Part shown: positions 54,665 to 64,000 of the stretch, piece by piece
Layout: the number at the start of each line of letters is the position of its first letter
Numbering within the stretch: position 1 is the first letter of the stretch
Assembly: GCF_001194135.2 (NCBI RefSeq)
Contig: NC_068986.1
Coordinates: 35,962,202 to 36,026,201, forward strand
DNA length: 64,000 bases
Source of the DNA: Octopus bimaculoides
Lineage: Eukaryota
Direction: 5' to 3'
Program-made: the position numbers and the translations under genes
Notes under the pieces: model-generated
Database searches by the model: none
What the model saw: only the letters and a program-made list of their open reading frames with translations
What the model was told of the DNA's origin: nothing

Positions 54665-56049
54665 AGGCGTATTCATATACGAAACATAACGTTCAGCGCT
54701 AGCTCAGAATGCTATCGAAAATTGAATGTTGTCTCCTGGAGAGTCGGTTGTTGTGCCGCTACTGGATGTATGTTACCGAGGAGGCTCAAAGCGAAGGACG
54801 AACTCAGGTGATCTGGCAGTTCCGATGGCAAACAATATAAATTTGAGTGCTTTGTTTCGCTCCCTGAGTCCAGGGGACTGTCTCACTAATCCTCAATTTC
54901 CATGATGTTGAGAACATGAAATAAATCTGAATTGAGTAAGATATCTGAAGAGTGGATAAGTCGTTTACTCTGACTGCAACAGGTCAGCGGATTATCTGTA
55001 AACTGCACAACGACGTTGCTGTATAGAGCATCATCTGACAGCTTATGGCATATAGGTGCAAAGCCTTCTGAATCATAAGAATACTGATCATAATAAGATT
55101 GTTGTAATAAGGAGAGGATAATAATCCTGAATCACATTAAACTTACCATACTGACTCGGTCAAAACCGATGTCTAACATAACTTGATTTCGTGAGGTTCT
55201 GAACAGAATTCAATGATAGAAATTGTATTTACAATAAAAATAATATATTATATTCATATACTCTCTGATTTTAATTCATAAAGTCGGTGGTTTAATCTGA
55301 AACAGTCTCACGCAATAGCGCAGAGTAGATCTCTCTCTCTCTCTCTCTACGAAACGTATGTCAGGCATATGATTTTGGGTCGTTCATGACAGTAAATTAC
55401 TTTCACTTTATTGACAGCCGGGTCAAGAATACTATGGGGTTCATTGCTCTTGTTAATTATACACCTGTCCAAAATAAATAGCATAAAGGAAGTATTGGTA
55501 CACAACAATGAGTATCTCAGTTGTAGTTGTACCTTAACATAAGTAGGAAACATAAGAGGCAAACAATACTATATACAGATTTTAGCATAAAATGACGGGT
55601 TATATTTACATACATATTTGTTTCATTTGATCTTGAATTATTTCAAACGGTTGAATGTTTCGCACACATATTTCCACTTGATACTAAGGGTTTAAAACAC
55701 CGATTAATATATGAACTACTAACAACTCCAGTTCAAAACATAGATATATAATCTAAGTAATACAATTCTATGTATAACACATACGTAATGACTAATATGT
55801 TCAGTACAATAGTTTTTAAGTCGTCTATTTTCGTGTCAAATTTGACATTGGTTATTGGGATTACTTCCGATTTTGTCAGTATGTAAATTTCGTTATGCTT
55901 CTAAACACAATATGTATAAATAAATGGCAACATATGTGCATACGTACAACCATACATATAATATAAATATACGTGTATATACGAACATATTTACGCATAT
56001 ACACATATACAACTTTATATATAAATATGCCAAATGAGATAGACATACA

Positions 56050-56127
<78 letters not shown>

Positions 56128-57065
56128 TACTTAGTTGAGTAGATTATGTTGAAACAATACATATCCAATCATGCTGATAGTTTTGATTTTCAGGCTAAAT
56201 ACGACTCCTAAACATAATTACACAATCATGGAAACGTAGCAAGTCATACCCTGAAATCTATTCATACTTTTTTGCACAAAAATATTACAGATTTTATGCT
56301 CCATTTCGTTTAACATATCAATACTGAATGCCCGAAATGCAACAATACATTAATTGAACAAGAGGATATTATACATTATTAAATACTTGTAGTATATGAA
56401 AAACATTCAACCGAACATGGTTGCGTTGTTATTTATTTCGATGGAATACGGAATGGAGTCTCGGGAAGTCTAACATTATTATCTTTGTTGCGGTTATTGT
56501 GCAATCCGATAGCTGATGACAGCTAAGCAAATTAGGATGTGCAACTGCTTTAAGTCTTTCTTAATCCCACCCTCTCTCTCTCTCTTTCTCTCTCTCTCTC
56601 TTTCTTTCTCTCTCTTTCTCTCTTTCACGCAAGAAATGGCACACAAGCTGTCACACTCCTACGCGCTCTCTCTCACTCATGCACCATTATTTCTATGTTA
56701 TTTGCAAACATTTGCACATTCTCTCTCTTTTATTTACACACCGCACTAACTGTCATATCTATATTTTATTTATTATATTTATTTTCTTTTTCTTTCTGTT
56801 CTTTCTTCCCGTCCTAAATATTTCTCCGTTCATTTCTATGCCCCTCACATACTGTGCCGTCTACACGTTCTGTTTGAATCTTTGCATCAACATATACCTA
56901 CTTACGACAATGTAACCTTTAATCTTATCAAGATACCCTTAGCCTGAAGAGTAACCGGCGGTATTCACCTCATTTGGATTTTACCACTTCTGACGTTCCA
57001 CTCGCTATGAAACATATGTAGCCCGGATTCCCCATACTCCGTTCCGTAACTCTCTATATACATAC

Positions 57066-57103
<38 letters not shown>

Positions 57104-59505
57104 GTATATATATAATATATATGTTTGTGTGTGCGTATATGTACACACATACACACTTTCCTTTTCATAAGTGGACACAAAAAATCTCTATCATTACCCC
57201 CAACAAAAATATACAAAAATACACATTCTTTCATCTACTGATCTAGACACACGTGCGTGACTGTCTGTTTCTGTCTCACCGTATGTCTCCTTGTCCCTCC
57301 ATCGTTCTTTTGTAGTACTTTTCCGTCATTTACCTATAGTGGAAGCTGCTTATTATAACCATGAAATGAACAATGGTATGAAACTTATTTTTATCAATAT
57401 TAATTATAACGAAGTTCAGGATATTGTTATAAACACTGCCTATTATGATCAGCGGATTATTGTTATTTAAAATAACTCCATTTTAAAATAATTGTAATAA
57501 GCGGCTTGCTCGGCGTTTACATTAGTTATTACTGACATTACATTAGTGCATCGTCATCCTTATCTGACAGATTTACGCAAACATTTAACAGCTCCACAGA
57601 TTTTATACTTTCATAATTTTGGGGCCTGTAAGGATGGCGTGGTTGTAAGTACATCACACGCAAATTAATTATATATGTATACAGGCGGTGCCTCATCATG
57701 TCCGCAGTCCAATGATTGAAACAAGATAAAAGATATATGATATGCACATTTATATTAAACATGTCCCTCAACACTAGAAAATAATTTGCATTCGCCACGA
57801 GAGTTTGCCTCAATAAACAAATCTCTCTACATAGACGGTGTGTTGAAAACATGAAGCACCAAGCAACGTCCGTTGACTCTCAGACTTCGGTATTTCGGAT
57901 TTTGCCTGCTCTATGAAAGACAGCGCTTCAACTGTTTGAAGTTAGGCAAAAACTCATGTTCTTTTATTGTTTTGTGTTGAATCCTGTGAAACTGAAATTA
58001 ATTCAATTTATGCCTAATAAGCAGCTTAGTAGATGTTTACATATAAAATCTACAAGGGTTAATTTGTTGCCCGATTCAAAATTCCACCACGAATTCGATT
58101 CAATTTCGAATGTTGAGGAACTTCTTAAATGTTTTCAAGGTTTTCATCGTCCTCGTTTTGTATGCTTACTCTCAATACCGTTCAGTAATCGGGGTGCATT
58201 CAAAGCAATGATTAGTAACTTTACGAAACCGGTATGCTTTTGAATCTCTTTATCAATTCACAATAATGGCTTTTATTACTTTTATTCCTACTTCAGTTCA
58301 TCTAACTGTATATATCTATCGTTACTTTTCATAAAAAGCCTTTACTTTTTTTGATTTTCAATGTGCATTTTCGCTTATTTTTCTTCTTACTTTCCCCCTT
58401 ACATTTTCACGTATAGTTTTAATTTCATTTTATTTTTGTAACATATTTCTATTATACATACATACATACATACATATATATATAAGCAATAATAAATCTC
58501 TGAGCGATGTATATATATATATATATATNNNNNNNNNNNNNNNNNNNNNNNNNNNNNNNNNNNNNNNNNNNNNNNNNNNNNNNNNNNNNNNNNNNNNNNN
58601 NNNNNNNNNNNNNNNNNNNNNNNNNNNNNNNNNNNNNNNNNNNNNNNNNNNNNNNNNNNNNNNNNNNNNNNNNNNNNNNNNNNNNNNNNNNNNNNNNNNN
58701 NNNNNATTTTGTGATAGTGAAAACTTAATATTTATTAACTTATTAACAACTCACACCATCCGTGTTTAGTTCATATAACTTGTCTTATTTTCATTCCAAG
58801 TGTTGATAGATACTGCCGTCACTGAATCGTCATAATTCATTCAGTATTAAAATAAAAAGTTTTAGACAAGTGTTACGTGTGCAGTAATTTGCACATTAGT
58901 TTTTAGAAAGAAGTAAAACAAAAGTAACTTCCAGTATCCTCAAAATTCCTGCACTCCAGGAATCTAACTTTGGGCTAATCTCGTTGTTAAAGCGATAAAA
59001 ATATTTACTCACAGCAGCTGTAACTGACTTTTAGAAAGAATTTCACCTGCTGAGACAGAATGAACCTGTGTGTATGCAACATAAATCCAATGACTAGCTG
59101 GCCACTCTGCTTTGGTAGTATGTACACAGACTAAAAATATCTGGCATTGTTTGCTCGCCAATAATCTGAATTTCGTTTCCTCTTCAATCAATTTTCGCAA
59201 ACACAGCATGCGTCTTTGAAATCGTGGTTGACAGTTTACAAAAGATATTGGATGGAATACCTTCTCTACTGCTTCATTGTAATTTTATCTTTCTATGATA
59301 TTAATGCTATTTTGTTAACTAAATACATGGAATATAGTATAATGTCAAGAACAATACATTAACATCCCTATCTGAAAAGCAGATGTGTCAATTGGAAAAT
59401 ACAAGAGAATAATAGACAAGTCATGATGTTGGGTGACATGCTAAAAGTAAGCTTTTCATTGATAACTGGATTTAATGAAGGTCTATTGTAAATGATGTAT
59501 ATATA

Positions 59506-59705
59506 TTATGATTGACCGTTGACTGAACACTATTCAATTTTTTTTCTCCGTGTTTTTCTCCTTGTCTCCGTATTCTTTCTGTTGAAGAGCGTAGCTCGAA
59601 ACGTCAAAGACTTTCCGTATTCCCGAGCGTCATACTAATATATACTTTTGTTATTTACACCACCTTGTCCTCGTCTGTTGTTATTATTTGTATATTCTCC
59701 CATAT
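59506..59705 (+). mobile_element. ~200-bp Penelope-type pseudo-LTR / hammerhead-bearing element inserted in (TA)n
   Basis: Flanked by TA repeats on the left and by TA plus a gap on the right. Contains a minimal type I hammerhead. Its 5' end recurs in reverse complement at 33732-33775. Confidence 0.75.
59574..59610 (+). ncRNA. Minimal type I hammerhead ribozyme motif with variant core (CUGUUGA)
   Basis: TCTTT-CTGTTGA-A-GAGC(GTA)GCTC-GAAA-C-GTC^-AAAGA. Stem I 5/5, stem II 4/4, palindromic ACGT stem III, GUC cleavage triplet. Confidence 0.7.
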
Positions 59706-61392
59706 NNNNNNNNNNNNNNNNNNNNNNNNNNNNNNNNNNNNNNNNNNNNNNNNNNNNNNNNNNNNNNNNNNNNNNNNNNNNNNNNNNNNNNNNNNNNNNN
59801 NNNNNNNNNNNNNNNNNNNNNNNNNNNNNNNNNNNNNNNNNNNNNNNNNNNNNNNNNNNNNNNNNNNNNNNNNNNNNNNNNNNNNNNNNNNNNNNNNNNN
59901 NNNNNNNNNNNNNNNNNNNNNNNNNNNNNNNNNNNNNNNNNNNNNNNNNNNNNNNNNNNNNNNNNNNNNNNNNNNNNNNNNNNNNNNNNNNNNNNNNNNN
60001 NNNNNNNNNNNNNNNNNNNNNNNNNNNNNNNNNNNNNNNNNNNNNNNNNNNNNNNNNNNNNTATATATGTTAGACAATCCAAAATTTCTAAATAATAAGG
60101 CCTATCCTACAATGAGTACTAGATTAACTAAAATCGACTCTGGCGATGTGAAATATGCAGTACGTTACGAAATATTGCCAAATAACACCAAACACATACG
60201 GAGCAGGGGAAATTGAATACAATTTATGTATTTCAGTGATGTATGTAGATTTCTAACGGTTTCTAAAAGGTAGCAGTTTGAATACCATTCCTTTATTCAA
60301 GTTATAAACATTGATTCTAACGAAGTACTATAATTAATTTCATTCCAATATCTTGGGAACAGTTAGTATGGACAATATCATATGCGTATTGAATGGTTTA
60401 GATAACACCTGCGTTTAATTATTACCAGTGTTATATAATCATTAGCATTTTAATGTCAGTTATGTAATATACTTTAACAAGTTCTCCGAACTACGACAAT
60501 TGACTAAAGGAATGATAATAAGAATTTATCCACTTATTTATCCACTTACTTATCACTTACTTATGTCGCTTTAGGAGACATTTGATTATTGTCTAAATAC
60601 GTACTTAGGTAACTCATCTAAATATTCATAGCTAAGATTTATTTATTCATTTATTTCTCCTCTCTGAAAGGGGCTTTTACATTTTATGTATGAAAATCTT
60701 TAAATGTGTGATTAGGTAACATATCGTTAGATATTTCTTCTTAATGATTGAGAAATTTAACTTCATTTAAGCAGCAGCGTAGAACAGCTGTTTCTAAAGT
60801 GATGGGGATGCTGGGCAAACAACTGAACATTTCATAACTAACGTTCTGGACCTAGCAATGTGGAATGTATTTAGTGTACAAATCTAATAATTTCTCATGC
60901 CACATGACGTAAAGAAAAAGCTCCATTTAGTGTTACGGTTTATTGGTTTAGGAAGCACTTCTACAGCATAATTGGTATATTTTGTTGAAGTAATAAATGC
61001 TATTTTTACACTGAGTGCAGCGTGAGGAGGCCTTACTAAACCAGATGAGCTAATCACCCAATGGAGAAGGCATCTGGTAAATTGAAGCAACGAAAGTCGA
61101 AATAAATATGATATATATGAATAATGGATGGTCTGATCAATCGATTGATTGAGGGATTTACAAAACACGAAAATTAGATAAACATGAAATCCTACTTAAA
61201 TTTCTGTTCGTAAAAGTTTTATCGATGCTTTTAATTGAAAATATATTCTATAACTATTTAGATTCTATAACTATTTAGATGCTGTGTATTAATTACACGT
61301 TTTGACGGAACAGACGCTAAATTGTTAACTTTCTTTCTCAAACTAAAAAGAGGCCCAGTTAATAGTGTTTAAAATAATAACATAAATAATAT

Positions 61393-61394
61393 TG

Positions 61395-61451
<57 letters not shown>

Positions 61452-61788
61452 TTAATAATAATAATAATAATAAACGCATTTCACTGTTATCTTAACATCA
61501 CACTATCATTTTATAATTAATACCATTTACTGTCATCTTAACATTACACTATCATCTTATAATGAAATTATTTTTGAAATAAACTTTTAATTTACTTATG
61601 TTTTGACAGACAGTCTCTAGAACAATACCCTGTGCAAAAACCAAACATATGACACCCTAGTCATAATGCCAACTTGAACATCTAACGTGTCTATGAGGTC
61701 TCTGGGTTAAACTTGGAGTCAACTTGTGCAAACACAAATCAAGAGCCGAACATATAATGATAATAATAATAATAATAATAATAATAAT

Positions 61789-61841
<53 letters not shown>

Positions 61842-61893
61842 TGATGATGATGATGATGCTAATAATAATAATAACAACAATAATAATTATAAT
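61393..61893. repeat. Two (AAT)n arrays (about 61393-61472 and 61757-61893) with a ~47-bp tandem duplication between them
   Basis: Direct reading. Confidence 0.9.
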
Positions 61894-64000
61894 AAATGGT
61901 AATGGTTCAAAATCGATTGATAGAAATGTAAAATAGAACATGTACAAAAATCATCGTTTAATGGGAAAGCAAGATTTCTCCGCGGGGTTCTTGAATCATG
62001 ATCAGTAAACAAGTGTCACCTTTGTCTGATGGCCGTGGGAAGCTGACACTTTCCATCTTACCCAGCGAAATAATAAATAAATAAATAAATAAATAAAAGA
62101 ATACTTCATTACCGTTTTCAAATTTAAGTCTGAAACTTTTAATATTTTCCCTACACATTAAATTTAGCAGTTATATTGCTACAGGGTGTAGCTAATTCTC
62201 TGCAGTAGGTCATAAGTACAACCCATGTTCTCAATCCATTTTAGATTCTTGACAGAAGTAAATAAAAGCTACATCAAGATTTAAATGACTTTCGTAAGAT
62301 AAATTCTGATTAACAAGTCACACCAAGATAAGGTACATACTAAGCACTAGTTGAGTATTGGGATTAATGTAATCGACTTTCCCTCTCACTCCAAATTGCT
62401 GGTGTTGTACTAACATTTGAAAGCGATATAAGATACATACCTTTAATAAAAATAATATACACATCGCAATTGTATGATATTTTCGAAAAATTCGAAGCAT
62501 TGTGAATGCATTTTGAATCACGAGAGACGAAAAACGAAGCAAGCTATCAAATAAGGCATATTTTATCTATTTTGTTTTAGTAGTTACCGAATTGTATGTG
62601 CAGGCTTTAATTCAAGCTGATAGGTTTGGGTTTCCACTATGTCAACATCGAATCATAAAACCGATTTTTTTTATTGATCGCAATTCAAAAAGTAATTTTG
62701 AAATTTAAAACTATTTGTTGTCTATTTGTTTCTACAATAAAATAAAAGAAATATCTTCACTTAGAAAAAAAATATACAATTGTTATTATCAAAGCTAACA
62801 TTTATTTAGTGTTAATTATTGCGATGACAGTAAACATTAAAAAAATTATGGAAAAAACAACAATAAAGCTATCTACCCCAAACGAATCGCTGTATATATA
62901 TAGCAAGGGACTGGACCAGCTACTCTGAAATTCCAGAGCCATGCTTGCCAACTAGGAGGACCGGAAGGTACAAGTTTAACGAATGGCATAGGAACGTAGA
63001 CGAATACAGGTGTAATGAGCTGACATTTATCCATCATCTGTTATTATACATTTGCTTATATATATATATATTACAGGACCTCACCATCACCAACTGTAAA
63101 CTGCATGAAATACGAGAGAGAAAAATATTGAAACCAGGACAAGTAACATAGAGAACACTCTTTCATCAGTTGTGACTCTTCATTTCGAGCAATCAGCGAC
63201 AATATGAGTCTTCGAAGACACTTGCTCCCATGACTTCCAAAATAAATTCTGGAGTTTATGGAGGGTCAAAGTTGGGAACAAAAATAGGGCGGCGGAGACA
63301 TACTAAGAAACCGAACGAAAACAAACATGGAAAGTCGTTAGACCAGAACGAGGGAAAAGGTAGTGAACGCTGGAAGAAATATTTTCTTTGAAAAGAGTAA
63401 AGATAAAAGAGAGAGATAGAAGACTCCAGTCCTTAGAACGTCCTTGACCGGTATTTCAAGTTTCGCCTGTCCGCTTGTTCATGCAGTTTGGGATTACCCG
63501 GTATAGATCTACACCTTCAGTAAATGCTCAATTTTTATTCCTAGAAGTGCTTTAAAATGTTATGCTTATACATGCTTATACTAATTGCTTAGATACTGTT
63601 TGGATTGAGTGATTATAACTAAGTCCATTTTTTGTGGTGATTGCTGTCAGAATTCGGACATTCTTTGAAAGCATTGACTGTACTTGTTAGCGCTGGAAGG
63701 GATGTCAAAATCGTTAGCTTTACTACTCAATGGCTGAAGAAGGGGGTGCCCGTAGTGCAAGATGTTTGGAAAATAAAATAGTCAACTCACGATTTTGGGT
63801 GAAAGTGAAATAAACGTGATATGACTACTGGCCACATAAAACATCAATAATGGAAAGCATTGCTTAAAGAATGAAAATAAGTACATCTATCGGTAATTAA
63901 GACGCACAAGAAAACAAATAATTGAATATCTATATATTCACATAATTACTTTTAATAATATGTAAATATTAAATATATTTTTGTTTTGATAAGCGGAGAA

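Noticed and set aside
59009-59209. ORF MLCLRKLIEEETKFRLLASK... as an alternative first exon
   Set aside because: The good donors give phase 1 or 2, not the phase 0 needed, and there is no homology evidence.
63155-63225. Hammerhead-like fragments (also at 4263, 20150-20185 and 30145)
   Set aside because: Either GAAA or a foldable stem I/II is missing, or the order of elements gives impossible topology.

Overview
AT-rich, microsatellite-dense, gapped eukaryotic genomic DNA. The tRNA-derived CORE-type SINEs, Penelope pseudo-LTRs and repeat content point to an octopus/coleoid genome (inference). The only host gene I can support is on the minus strand: three coding exons of a BAIAP3/Munc13-4 (unc-13-4/staccato) family C2-MUN-C2 protein at 36372-36461, 35707-35874 and 12980-13046. 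They splice in frame to HEEAKK...PTKQE|YELLYIEVLYTIKHKIG...KATEEK|PPILMLNVTVVQARDLEAKDADG, separated by a 497-bp and a 22.7-kb intron. I could not find the flanking exons in the window. The rest is intronic or flanking DNA with SINEs, decayed LINEs (CR1/L2, RTE, L1-like), a Penelope GIY-YIG fragment and a mariner MITE. Almost all ORF-track entries are microsatellite or gap artefacts. The most notable non-coding signals are: (i) several Penelope-type minimal type I hammerhead ribozyme motifs from different families, mostly next to microsatellites, one with perfect stems and a variant CUGUUGA core and one buried in a 240-bp palindrome; (ii) a ~790-bp intronic foldback whose innermost 26 bp are perfectly complementary, giving a pre-miRNA-sized hairpin; (iii) a 113-nt element with crossing helices; (iv) a candidate 33-nt stop-then-ATG cassette exon in frame with the C2A exon.
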